DNA from: Synechococcus sp.
Lineage (GTDB): Bacteria; Cyanobacteriota; Cyanobacteriia; Thermostichales; PCC-7336
Assembly: GCA_051439605.1 (NCBI GenBank)
Contig: JBFRWN010000015.1
Coordinates: forward strand, 21,378-85,377
Reading direction: 5' to 3'
Length of the DNA: 64,000 nucleotides
Part shown: positions 10,825-21,167 of the stretch, piece by piece
Layout of the letters: each line of letters starts with the position of its first letter
Numbering within the stretch: position 1 is the first letter of the stretch
The notes under the pieces: generated by a model
Database searches by the model: none
Told to the model about the DNA's origin: nothing
What the model saw: only the letters and a program-made list of their open reading frames with translations
Translations under genes and position numbers: made by a program

Positions 10825-11624
10825 AGCTCTTACAAACCGGGCAATAACTCTGATAAAGACTCTATTTGCAAAAATAAAGTGTGTAGCAGTGCAAGGTTCA
10901 CTACGGTATACTCCCTAAGTATCTTGCAGCAAGAGGTTTTCCTGTATATGCCCGAGCCTGCCAGGTGAGGGTATTGAATTTCTTGTAAAGTTTTAATAAT
11001 ATCGAGAAAAGTAGATTCAGATGCTAGAGCGATTCTAACGATCTTGTATACAGGCGATGCTAGAGTAAAGGGAACTTTTCTAAGGATAGATTATTCCTAA
11101 AGCTCGTCAACTGCATTTGAATCAGATGTCCATCGCAATTTAATCAGCAGTGTAGAGCTAACTAAGCAGCACTTTCCCTTCCTCTATGTCCAAAAACTAG
11201 TATCGTTTCGCATTCAGAATCGCAAAGAGCGAGCAACCCAAGGTGCAAGGGGGCATAACTAAGCAACAGTCCTTTCAGCTTAATATCTATTTTGAAGATA
11301 AAGTTATGCTAGGAATTCGCCGGACAGCGGAAGGTCAAAATCATTTTGTGGGAGGTGGGCAATCTGAGCTAGAGAACAACTCACTTCCTTTTAGTCATCT
11401 GTTTTGACAGTACTATTTCGATAGGGAACATCCGGACAATCGGCAATGAATTCCTGTCTATTGGGATAAGGCGATTGTGTTCTGCTATGAGCAAGTATGT
11501 TGTCTCTGCCCTACTACATGTACTACGACATGGATGATGTCTCTTTTGAAAATCTTTAGCTTCTGTCTCTGAAAACTCCCGTAAATATATGTTTGAGTGC
11601 TTTTCCCCCAGCCGCGTCTGAGCC

Positions 11625-12104
11625 ATGAACACATGCGAATTACTACAACGTTATTCCGATGGAGAAAGAGATTTTCGCAGGGTGGATCTCAGTCATGCCA
11701 ACTTGGCTGGAGTAGAACTCATTGGTATTCAGTTAGATTGGGCCATTTTGAACGGAGCCAATCTTCGCGGGGCAATTTTGCTGGAGGCTCAGCTCAGTGG
11801 CACGGTGTTGTACAAGGCCGATTTGGAGGAGGCTACTCTCACCGAAACAGATTTTTACAAGGCTAAGCTGCACCACGCTAACCTCAGAAAAACCATTCTT
11901 TATCGTACAAAGTTGCGCCGCTCCAGCCTCCGAAATGCAGATTTACAGGAATCAGTCTTGGTGGAAGCCGACCTCACAGAAGCCGATTTGCACGGGGCCA
12001 ATATGCACGAAGCACGATTCTTTAAAACCAAGATGCCGAACGGTTACATTCGAGATGACGATGCCGAATTCCCGCTGATAGCCAGTGGGTTAAATCTAGG
12101 CTAG
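11625..12104 (+). CDS. Pentapeptide repeat protein
   Basis: ELLQRYSDGERDF cap followed by A(N/D)Lxx repeats. Confidence 0.9.
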   Translation: MNTCELLQRYSDGERDFRRVDLSHANLAGVELIGIQLDWAILNGANLRGAILLEAQLSGTVLYKADLEEATLTETDFYKAKLHHANLRKTILYRTKLRRSSLRNADLQESVLVEADLTEADLHGANMHEARFFKTKMPNGYIRDDDAEFPLIASGLNLG

Positions 12105-12373
12105 TTATCGGTTTAGCCTCTCTTTTAGGATAGACAGACCTTTATCCAGCCAGGATTCTGGAACGCTCAGATGTCATAAGCCACTTGATGGTTGTATGGA
12201 ACAAATTTTCTGGCCAGCTATTCATGACCGACGACGGGCTTATGACATCGCAAGTCAATGCCAATACGCAATGCAGTCCATACTTAAAGACGGAGCTCAA
12301 CGCGTTAGGATGGCAAACACGAGCGCAAACATCAAGGTACAATCTGCATGGTTTTTTGGGGTTTTGTTCAGGT

Positions 12374-13744
12374 ATGGCGACAGCAGTTCGGGTGGTGATC
12401 GTACGGCATGGCGAAAGCACCTACAATGTCGAGCACCGCTTTCAAGGCTCGCTAAATAAATCGGTTTTAACTGAGCGGGGCCAGAAACAGGCAGTCAGTA
12501 CGGGCCAGGCACTCCAAGATTTATGCTTTGATGCGATCTTCAGTAGTCCCTTGCAAAGAGCCAGCCACACCGCAGAGGAAATTGCTGGAGTGCTGGCTAC
12601 AGCAGGCAATTCTGGTGCCACAGTACAAACAACACCACTGCTCAAAGAAATCAGGCTCTACGACTGGGAAGGGTCAACCTACGAGGAAATTCAACAGCGA
12701 GATCCGCAGGAGTATGCGCTATGGAATCTACATCCCCAAGCCCTTGCAATTAAAGGTCACTACCCTCTGCGGGATTTGTGGCAACAAGCCAGGGATTTCT
12801 GGCAGTTTCTGCAGCACCAAGCCCTCTCCAACAGCAAAGATGGCAACATCCAAACAATCTTAGTTGTTGCCCACAGCGGCATCAATCGTGCTCTAGTAGG
12901 CACAGCCTTAGGCCTCGATGAAAGTGCCTACCGACAGTTCGGAATGAATAACTGCTCTATCAGCGTGCTCAATTTCATTGACGGTTTGGAAGCTCGGGCA
13001 CAGTTGGAGTCCTTAAATCTAACGGGACATGTGGGGGATTGCTTACCCCCTAGCAAAGGGGGAATTCGCCTTCTATTAGTACGCCACGGTGAAACCCAAT
13101 GGAATAAAGAAAAGCGATTTCAAGGGCAGCGGGATATCCCCCTCAACCCTACAGGTGAACAACAAGGACGGCTGGCTGGGCAGTTCCTGAAAGAACAGAC
13201 CATCGATATTGCATTTTCTAGCCCCCTCAAGCGTCCTTGGAAAACCGCTGAATTTATTCTGCAGGACAACACCTTTGCCCAAGCGAGTGACCCGCCTCTG
13301 GGTCTCATCCCCGTAGAGGCACTCCAGGAAATCAGTCATGGACTGTGGGAGGGATTGCTCGAACGTGAAATTGAAGCCCAGTTTCCAGGCAAAATGGCAA
13401 TTTGGCTGTCAACGCCCGGAGCTGTTCAAATGCCCGAAGGGGAAAATCTAGACCAAGTGTGGGATCGATCCTTCGATGCCTGGCAGGAATTGGTTGAGAA
13501 GACGGCGGCAGTAAACGAATCAGCCACAGCTTTAGTAGTAGCCCACGATGCCGTGAACAAGGCCATATTGTGCAAGCTTTTGAATTTGGGGCCGGATGCC
13601 TTCTGGTATTTCAAACAAGGAAATGGAGCTGTCAGTGCCATCGACTATCCCAATGGGCCTGAGGGGTTACCGGTGCTGAGGGCGTTGAACATCACCAGCC
13701 ATCAGGGTGGGGTAATTGACTGTACAGCGGCTGGAGCGCTGTAG
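12374..13744 (+). CDS. Histidine phosphatase / phosphoglycerate mutase family, tandem double domain
   Basis: Two RHGE motifs (VRHGEST, VRHGETQWN), each followed by SSPLxR and VAH. Confidence 0.92.
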   Translation: MATAVRVVIVRHGESTYNVEHRFQGSLNKSVLTERGQKQAVSTGQALQDLCFDAIFSSPLQRASHTAEEIAGVLATAGNSGATVQTTPLLKEIRLYDWEGSTYEEIQQRDPQEYALWNLHPQALAIKGHYPLRDLWQQARDFWQFLQHQALSNSKDGNIQTILVVAHSGINRALVGTALGLDESAYRQFGMNNCSISVLNFIDGLEARAQLESLNLTGHVGDCLPPSKGGIRLLLVRHGETQWNKEKRFQGQRDIPLNPTGEQQGRLAGQFLKEQTIDIAFSSPLKRPWKTAEFILQDNTFAQASDPPLGLIPVEALQEISHGLWEGLLEREIEAQFPGKMAIWLSTPGAVQMPEGENLDQVWDRSFDAWQELVEKTAAVNESATALVVAHDAVNKAILCKLLNLGPDAFWYFKQGNGAVSAIDYPNGPEGLPVLRALNITSHQGGVIDCTAAGAL

Positions 13745-13922
13745 ACCTCATCGCATTTACTCCGATCGATCGCGCCTGCCGACAATCCACCCAATCTATC
13801 CCCGCATAACTTAGGGAGAAGACTATTGCTTCGAAACATCTGCTTCCCCCGAGAGCAGATAAGTCCTCAATCCTGCCAATCAAATCGATCAATCGAGCTG
13901 ATTGGCCAGGTAGCACGGAAAG

Positions 13923-14357
13923 TCAAGCCATAATGGTATCCGTGGTGCGCTTCATCTCCTGCACAATGGTGAATGCCGCCTGCAAATTTTCCAATTCGAC
14001 CTCGGTCACATCATCGGTGGACAAGATCGAGGCCATAGCCTGAGGACCAAACTGCAAAACATCTCCCACTCTCAACAGTCGGCTTCTAGCGGTCTTTCCA
14101 TTGAGGCGCAGACCGTGATGGCTGGGCCGACTGGCACTCCCCCCATCCAACGCAAGGTACTGAGGACATTGGTCGGTCGGTCCAACACGGAAAAGCCTTG
14201 CGTGGTGGCGGGACGCGTAAGGATCGAACAAACGAATGGCGCTACTATTAGCTCGTCCGATTGTGTAGCGTTGCTCGGACAACACGATGGCTCGGCGACC
14301 TGCACAATCGTCCATCACAATAATCAATGACGATTGCGGGGATCGAGGGTAGGTCAT
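13923..14357 (-). CDS. FHA domain protein
   Basis: YTIGR...ASRHHARL...SHHGLRLNG...LRVGDVLQFG. Confidence 0.85.
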   Translation of the reverse strand: MTYPRSPQSSLIIVMDDCAGRRAIVLSEQRYTIGRANSSAIRLFDPYASRHHARLFRVGPTDQCPQYLALDGGSASRPSHHGLRLNGKTARSRLLRVGDVLQFGPQAMASILSTDDVTEVELENLQAAFTIVQEMKRTTDTIMA

Positions 14358-14905
14358 TTAAATCACCTCCCATTCAACCAGAATGCGTAAATAGATGAAC
14401 ATACAACGGAAAGAAATTGTCAGTATTTTCACTTCACCTGAGTAACGTATACCACAAGCCAGGGCATTGCCGGTAAAAATACTGACAAGTTAAAGTATTT
14501 TTTAGACTTTGCAGTGCTTGTGACTGCTCAATTGCGTAGAGAACTTATAGGGGAAATTTGTTTGGGTAGAGCCTGAACCGCGAGTAGGTATGCGATCGTG
14601 CATAGCTCCACTTGTAATCATTCAGAGACTATTACAACCAAGAGTTTAGCTCCAAGTGTTGTGCTCTCCACGTCGTGTCGGATGGAACATATGGCAGCTA
14701 TCAAGCCGCTGAGGAAATTTGATGAAACCGACACTGGGCCCATCCTCCACTGTCCAAAACGGAATGGCCACCACTATCGCTGACATATCCACATCGGCAG
14801 GGATAGTTGAATATGGTAAAGGTTCGCAGCTGGTGCGCGATTCTGGTCATTGCTGTTTGCTATTCAGTAAGGTTACCGAACCGTTAGTACGGTGCCAGCC
14901 AGTAC

Positions 14906-15151
14906 CTAGACCACTTGTTCCACTTCAATAATGTCGGGGATAGACATGCGCAGCTTCCGTTCAATACCCATCTTGAGAGTGTAGGTGGAGCTAGGGCAGG
15001 AGCCGCACGCACCGTTGAGACGCAGCTTAACCACGGGGCCATCTAGCTCAACCAACTCGACGTTACCGCCATCTGCAATCAGATAGGGACGTAACTCGTC
15101 TAACACTTTTTCCACATTTTCGGGGGTCAGTTCGAGAGTGTCGGCTGACAT
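14906..15151 (-). CDS. nfuA: NifU/Nfu Fe-S cluster scaffold
   Basis: [15 protein letters not shown] and GACGSCPSS CxxC motif. Confidence 0.92.
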   Translation of the reverse strand: MSADTLELTPENVEKVLDELRPYLIADGGNVELVELDGPVVKLRLNGACGSCPSSTYTLKMGIERKLRMSIPDIIEVEQVV

Positions 15152-15235
15152 GGGTGCCTCTCCGATGAAATCTAGCTAGTTTTGATTTCATTCTATTCCA
15201 ACTAGTGGAAGGTAGGCTTTGCATTACTCTCTATG

Positions 15236-15415
15236 ATGCGGATCGAGATAACCCCTTGCGAACCAAACTGCAATGCCTATGTTGAGTCCCTTGTAGTCGT
15301 GCCCCCTAAACTCTGATAAAGTTGTCCCCCCGAACAATCTTCCGAAGCCTCCATAACGCTGGCTTCAGAGAATCACCAACTGGTCACCGCAAGGAATCTG
15401 TCCCGCGGAGCTAAG
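15236..15415 (-). ncRNA. ssrS: 6S RNA (cyanobacterial ssaA/ssrS); ends approximate
   Basis: Minus strand reads CCTTGCGGTG..GGTGATTCTCT..GCCAGC..GGCATTGCAGTTTGGTTCGCAAGG, matching remembered cyanobacterial 6S blocks; 5' CCTTGCG pairs with 3' CGCAAGG to give a rod of about 180 nt; TACGAT -10-like box just upstream. Confidence 0.8.
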
Positions 15416-15596
15416 CCCCGCATCGTAGCGATCATCTCACTCTTACTAAATACTGCTCGCCATCACAAATTACATTATTTTGGCTTGCAAATCGCGCTCC
15501 TCTGAAAACCTTGCAGTCAGTTTTTTTAGGACCGGCACGACTGTGGGAGACTTTGTCCGGCACGACTACACAAGATTCAACAGACCCAGTCTCCCC

Positions 15597-16430
15597 CTAA
15601 TCTTCGCTTTCATCTGTTGCTGTTAACCAGTTCAGGACAATTTCATTCCATCCTTCAGCTCCAGGCAACTGTGCGCGCTCCCAGGTGTCGGGATAGTCAT
15701 TCCTTTGACCTTCTACAGAAGATATCTGACTTGGCAACAGTGCGGCATGGTGCATCAACCTCAACCAGCCAAAATCGGTTGGATCGGTACCAATTCCTAG
15801 GGAGCGAACTTGACCCACATGATCCAGATAGCAATCTAAAAGCAACTGGACTGCAGCTGTCATGTCGGCATTGCCGGTTAAGTACCACTGTCCCCTCAGA
15901 CTGGGGGTTTGTAATTGAGAGATTTGCAGGTGGTGGCGGGCAATAGCCTGCTCTAAAGGCTTTGGAGCTCCTGTGTATGTAAAGATTTCGCTGTATTCTC
16001 GCCGATGGGCCAATTGAGCTTCTTCAGGGGTGAGCCCAAACGCCAACGCCAGCTCCCCTTCAGACCAGTCGCCAAACCCAATGATGTCCGCCCGAAGTTC
16101 TACTCTGACATCCTGTAAAACCTGCCGCAAATGGCTGTAGGGCAAGCCAAAGACGTGGAGGAATTGGCCTTCATGCAGTTCCCATCTATCGTCCAAAATG
16201 CTGGTGGGGAAATAGCGATCGGGAACTAAAACAGCAGCACCATTTTCGATCGCAACCGGATGATTAGAATCTAACTTTTCCTGGAAGGCATCAATTTCAG
16301 CACGGGTTCGACGGGTCACAAGGATGAGCGGAATGTTTCGCCGCTCGATCGCCGCTAGGGCTGGGCGCGCTGCCCCATAACCACCAGCATCAAGCAGGCT
16401 GCCATCAAGGTTAGTAAAGATCACTCGCAC
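15597..16430 (-). CDS. HAD-IIB mannosyl/glucosyl-3-phosphoglycerate phosphatase-like protein with degenerate active site
   Basis: VIFTNLDGSLLD, TRRTRAEI, IENGA, AHRREYSE family motifs. Confidence 0.8.
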   Translation of the reverse strand: MRVIFTNLDGSLLDAGGYGAARPALAAIERRNIPLILVTRRTRAEIDAFQEKLDSNHPVAIENGAAVLVPDRYFPTSILDDRWELHEGQFLHVFGLPYSHLRQVLQDVRVELRADIIGFGDWSEGELALAFGLTPEEAQLAHRREYSEIFTYTGAPKPLEQAIARHHLQISQLQTPSLRGQWYLTGNADMTAAVQLLLDCYLDHVGQVRSLGIGTDPTDFGWLRLMHHAALLPSQISSVEGQRNDYPDTWERAQLPGAEGWNEIVLNWLTATDESED

Positions 16431-17204
16431 TGGATGCTCTACCTCAAGATGGCACGATCGAGTAGAGAATCTCGCTTGGGCTGATAGGGGGGGAATACAA
16501 GATGGTTGGCCTCTCCATTGAAAGCAAGATATCTTGCTTCACACAAACTACCAGAAAGTTCAGAAATGCTCTAGGTTTGGCCCAAGTGTCTCTGCCAATC
16601 CACCTTAGGGTACTCATCTTGCTGGTTTGTTTGTGCGGCATCAGATTTATCCCATTCATGACGAGACTGACGAATTGCGTGCTTAACGGATGGGATATCA
16701 GTCCCAGGTACAGAACCATTCTTCCGATCGCCCGTGGGGATTATGATTGACACGCGATCGCTATTGACGCCAAGAGAAGACTTAGATGGGGTCGCTTTTG
16801 TGTCATGCATAACTGCATAGTGTTGTTAGCGCAGACGGTTCACGACTGTTTGGCGGGGCCTTAAAAGACGGTGTGCCCATACTGACCCATCCACTCCCTT
16901 GTCCCACTTCACAGCATTACTTCTTAGATAACGCCTTTAGAGGTAGAGTCCCGGCATTAGCTTTTTTATAGAAACGCCAGTTCCTGATATGAGTTGCCTG
17001 TATTAGGCAGTCGGTCCTGAAGAACCTAAGTATTCGGTCATTTTTTGATAAATTCTTGTGGCTGATTTACCTCTTTTGAGGTGTGGAAATGGTCATTTCC
17101 CCGTTTCTGTAACGAGGGATTGTTCAGATTAGCACTTAAAACATGGCGGTTAAAGTTATGATGGTTGGAATATTGCTGTAAACTTAGAAACCGACAGTGT
17201 AGCC

Positions 17205-18554
17205 ATGACCGACCTGAAAGGTTTTTCTACCTCAAAAATTCGCTGGCTTCCCACCCTTAGCCTGTTTGCGCTTCCTGTTGTGATTGCCGCGATCTGGGGC
17301 TCAATGCAAAAGCCCGAGTATCGAGCTAACGCTAAGGTACTATTTCAGGCAGAAGAATTTTCTGAACTAACGGGTGTGAGAGAGAGCATTGGAGAGTTCA
17401 CCTCCCTTGCCCGTCAGAATCCACTGCTTACCGAACTTGAAGTCCTGAAATCCCGCGATTTGCTAGAACGAACGATTGAGCAACTTGATTTGCGTGGTGA
17501 AGAAGGGGAGCTACTGCCAGCCAAAGCAGTCAGTCAGAACCTGTCGGTCAAGGTTGTCGGAGCCGCTGACGTGATCGATATGTCCTACGTATCAGAAGAC
17601 CCTGAATTACCTGCGCAATTCATCAATACATTAGCTGAAAATTACATCCTTAACCTTGTTGAGCGCAAAACCGCTCAGCCCATCGAAGCCAGAAGAATCC
17701 TAAGAAGACGATTACAAAATGTTCAAGAAAGACTGGAAGCATCCAGTAATGAATTGAGGCTGTTTCAAGAAAGTAATAACCTGATCGATGCTTCGGGGTA
17801 TTCAAACTTTGTGATCGACACTATTGCAAGCTTGGATAATCAAATATTGGAGACACAGGCTCGGTTAGACGAGCTTTCAGTTCGCATCAACAGTCGTGCC
17901 AGTACTCTTGGGGTAAACACCCAGCAGGCAACGTTGGTTCGAACCCTGAATCAGGATCCCACTGTTGCTGCCACCATTGAAAACCTGGCCGCAGCAGAAA
18001 GCCAACTGGCTCAACAAAGAGCATTTCACAATGACTCCAGCCCGATTGTGATTTCGCTTCAGGAAAATGTGCGGACCCTCAGATCTCAGCTCGAGCAGTT
18101 AACTGCTTCCTACGGTCCTAGTGTGAGTACAAACCAACTGCTATTACAGGCCGATCGCGTTCAGCAGATTTCTTTGGAAGCGATGGGTAACGAGGAAGTT
18201 GAGCGCATGGGGCTCACCTCTAGGCTCAGTGCTCTTCAGGCCTCCCGAGATGCGTATTCATCGCGACTGCAGGATTTACCGACTTTAGAGGGTGAGCAAA
18301 GCCGACTTCAATTGCAGATTCAAGCGGATGAAGAAGAGTTAGCCTTCATCAACGAACAACTACAAAGATTGGTTGTGGCAGAGCGTTCAACTATAGGTAA
18401 CGCCTCATTGATTGAGACCGCGCAACCTCCGACCGGTCCTGCTGGGAACAACATGCGGGTATTCATTGTGGGTGGAATTTTGTTAGGTGGTCTTTGCGCC
18501 TCCACCTATAACTTCTGGCAACAGCAATTTGCCACTGACTCTGAGCTGAAATAA
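17205..18554 (+). CDS. GumC/Wzc-type polysaccharide chain-length determinant lacking the kinase domain
   Basis: N-terminal TM + PEYRANAKV, TELEVLKSRDL, long coiled coil, IETAQPP + C-terminal TM. Confidence 0.8.
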   Translation: MTDLKGFSTSKIRWLPTLSLFALPVVIAAIWGSMQKPEYRANAKVLFQAEEFSELTGVRESIGEFTSLARQNPLLTELEVLKSRDLLERTIEQLDLRGEEGELLPAKAVSQNLSVKVVGAADVIDMSYVSEDPELPAQFINTLAENYILNLVERKTAQPIEARRILRRRLQNVQERLEASSNELRLFQESNNLIDASGYSNFVIDTIASLDNQILETQARLDELSVRINSRASTLGVNTQQATLVRTLNQDPTVAATIENLAAAESQLAQQRAFHNDSSPIVISLQENVRTLRSQLEQLTASYGPSVSTNQLLLQADRVQQISLEAMGNEEVERMGLTSRLSALQASRDAYSSRLQDLPTLEGEQSRLQLQIQADEEELAFINEQLQRLVVAERSTIGNASLIETAQPPTGPAGNNMRVFIVGGILLGGLCASTYNFWQQQFATDSELK

Positions 18555-18645
18555 GTGCAGCATGTGTCGGTCAAACCCCTCAAGATTGACATGTCTACAC
18601 CAACCGCTCAGCGATACTTGCAAGATATTTACCCGATCAATATTA

Positions 18646-18683
18646 AAGGGTTGAGCAAAATGTCTATGCTCAACCCTTCTTTT
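18646..18683 (+). terminator. Intrinsic terminator after the GumC-like gene
   Basis: AAGGGTTGAGCA / TGCTCAACCCTT 12-bp stem followed by CTTTT. Confidence 0.6.
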
Positions 18684-19019
18684 CTCAATTTATCTAAACT
18701 GCAGTAACTACTGCGGTGCGTAAACAAGGTCTTGCCCTTTGTGGGCTCAGTTTTATGCGGATAAAGTATAAGGGTCAAGGCTGTCGCTAGCTGCTTGGAG
18801 TCTATCTAGCGGTTTGTGAACATTGTTCGAATCGAACTCTCTGTTGAAAAAGAGGTTTTGTTAGCTTGACTGAAATGTTTACAAACATAGCAACCGTCAA
18901 GTTGTTCGGAATATCTTATCTATCCGGCATCCTAACGGGACAGCACTCTTGATGTCCTAACTAAGAAGGCCATAGAAACAACTATTTACGAAACAATAAT
19001 ATTTAGGAGTGACTAGGCG

Positions 19020-19619
19020 ATGTTTGAAGATCCTTACTGCCCGGATTACCTCCGTCGCGATGTAGTCGATGGAGTCGATCCATTATTTGCACAGCGTTGG
19101 TCTCCTCGTGGATTTCGGAAAGTTGAAATCCCCCCCGAGATCCTCACCACGATTTTCGATGCTGCCCGTTGGTCCCCTTCCTGCTTTAACGATCAGCCCT
19201 GGATCTTTATCACCTCAACAGATGAGAGCTCGTTCAACCAATACCTCGGTTTACTGGTGGAAGGAAACAGAGCGTGGGCTAGAAATGCCAGCGTTTTGGG
19301 GTTTGCAGTCACCCGGCGCCACTTTGCCCGCAACGGCGAGCCCAACGACTGGTCGGCATTCGATACCGGAGCTGCTTGGATGGCCATGACCTTGCAAGCA
19401 CGCCTGTACGGACTTTATACCCACGGAATGGGGGGGATACACAAGGATGCGATATACAACCAACTCAATATCAATCGGGATAAGTACGCGGTCATTTGTG
19501 GGTTTGCCATCGGAGCTCTCGATCGCCCCGAGTCATTGCCGCAAGAGTTGAGAGATCGAGAGATATTGTCATTGCGTAATCCCCTCTCCAGCATGTGGAA
19601 TCCTGCCGATCTCAGTTAG
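19020..19619 (+). CDS. Nitroreductase family protein
   Basis: RWSPRGF, AARWSPSCFNDQPW, FDTGAAW, THGMGG. Confidence 0.92.
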   Translation: MFEDPYCPDYLRRDVVDGVDPLFAQRWSPRGFRKVEIPPEILTTIFDAARWSPSCFNDQPWIFITSTDESSFNQYLGLLVEGNRAWARNASVLGFAVTRRHFARNGEPNDWSAFDTGAAWMAMTLQARLYGLYTHGMGGIHKDAIYNQLNINRDKYAVICGFAIGALDRPESLPQELRDREILSLRNPLSSMWNPADLS

Positions 19620-19685
19620 GTCGGACTTCAACTTCCTTCCAACTCCAACCTTTCATGACGTTCTCAGGAGAATATCGAAGTCATT

Positions 19686-20057
19686 ATGTCATCTGCCAAA
19701 AACGTTTTGGGGACCGATCTAGAACCTTGCTGCACCTCTCCGATGACCGGATTCTATCGAGATGGATTTTGCAATACGGGAACGGGGGATTACGGCGCAC
19801 ATGTCGTCTGCGCCGTAATGACTCCAGAGTTCTTGACTTACACGAAAGCACAGGGGAACGACCTCAGTACCCCCGTCCCCACTTACCAATTTCCGGGCCT
19901 GAAACCCGGCGATCGGTGGTGCTTGTGTGTCTCTCGCTGGAAGGAAGCGATGGAAGATGGAATGGCACCCAAAGTAGCACTGGAATCTACTCACGCTGCA
20001 GCTCTAGAGTACGTTTCGCTGGATGAGCTGAAAGGTCATGCGATTGAAGAATCGTAG
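19686..20057 (+). CDS. DUF2237 family protein
   Basis: NVLGTDLEPCC, TGFYRDGFC, GNDLSTP, GLKPGDRWCLC. Confidence 0.92.
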   Translation: MSSAKNVLGTDLEPCCTSPMTGFYRDGFCNTGTGDYGAHVVCAVMTPEFLTYTKAQGNDLSTPVPTYQFPGLKPGDRWCLCVSRWKEAMEDGMAPKVALESTHAAALEYVSLDELKGHAIEES

Positions 20058-20127
20058 TTGAGCGCCTCTCTTGCGGAGTTCCAGCTAGTATGTTGCTGAC
20101 TGATGATGGACCGGAGAACAGTCTGTG

Positions 20128-20358
20128 TCAGCGGAATAGCGATCTTGCCAACCAAAACAAAGCACTGAGCCCCAAGCTCAAAAGAATGCTCGTTGCCAGT
20201 GGGAAATAGAAGGTGAAATTATCCCGCTCGATCGCGATATCGCCAGGCAATCGTCCTAAAGGTACGTGCTTGAAAGTGCCGCCACTCAGCCACAACAAAC
20301 CACCCACAAGCACCAGAACCATCCCAACCATCAACAGCATTTTTCCGAGTTCTACCAT
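20128..20358 (-). CDS. DUF2905 family small membrane protein
   Basis: LGRLPGDIAIERDNFTFYFPLATSILLS. Confidence 0.88.
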   Translation of the reverse strand: MVELGKMLLMVGMVLVLVGGLLWLSGGTFKHVPLGRLPGDIAIERDNFTFYFPLATSILLSLGLSALFWLARSLFR

Positions 20359-20655
20359 CTCTTGCTCGCTGCTACTCAGGTTATTCAGTACCATCCTCAC
20401 ATGGCAGATTGTATCGAGGAAAAGAGAGCTATGGCGACCGTCAAGTCGCTGAGGACATTTCAGCTATCCCAATCCATGACTAGGTATAGAAACTTACGTT
20501 CTATCTAGGGGCTTGGGACGATGGAGGTGGAACTGACAGAAAGAGACTTGGGCAAACTTACCCAAGCAACAAAAACCTGGAAGTGGGGAATAGGGGCCAC
20601 CTCCAGGCTTGCTGCGAAAGGATATTCAGTTGTGCGAGGAAATCCTCGGCAAGAG

Positions 20656-21018
20656 CTAGGCTTTACGATCGAAGCGCTGCTTGATGCGGGTTGCCTTACC
20701 TACGCGATCGCGCAGGTAGTATAGCTTGGCGCGGCGTACCTTACCGCGACGAGTGACCATAATGGACTCAATTCGGGGGGAGTGAATCAAGAAAACGCGC
20801 TCTACACCCACCCCTTGAAAAATCTTGCGCACGGTGATGGTCTTATTGCTGCCACCGTTGCTTTCGGCAATCACTGTGCCTTCGTAGGGCTGAACCCGCT
20901 CCTTGCTGCCTTCACGGATGCGCACCCCTACTTTTACGGTGTCGCCTATGTAAATCTTGGGCAGATCGTCCTTAATATGCTCGGACTCAATCGAGCGGAT
21001 AATCTCTTGGGCGTGCAT
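20656..21018 (-). CDS. rplS: 50S ribosomal protein L19
   Basis: [33 protein letters not shown]. Confidence 0.98.
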   Translation of the reverse strand: MHAQEIIRSIESEHIKDDLPKIYIGDTVKVGVRIREGSKERVQPYEGTVIAESNGGSNKTITVRKIFQGVGVERVFLIHSPRIESIMVTRRGKVRRAKLYYLRDRVGKATRIKQRFDRKA

Positions 21019-21060
21019 GATTTATCTCGAATTTCGCAAAATTATATCTTATCACCCTAC

Positions 21061-21106
21061 ATAAAAAACCATGCAGATTTTCTATATAAAAAACCATGCA
21101 GATTTT
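21061..21106. repeat. Tandem direct repeat, 2 x ATAAAAAACCATGCAGATTTT (25-bp period)
   Basis: Copies at 21061-21081 and 21086-21106 in the divergent rplS/glcE intergenic region. Confidence 0.9.
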
Positions 21107-21167
21107 TCAGGCTAGACGGCGCTCGCCATTGCAGGGATGCTGGTATCGAGAGTTTGAGGACTGAGGA

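Noticed and set aside
16444..16810. Three overlapping short ORFs of 79-91 aa
   Set aside because: No recognisable motif; cannot tell which, if any, is real
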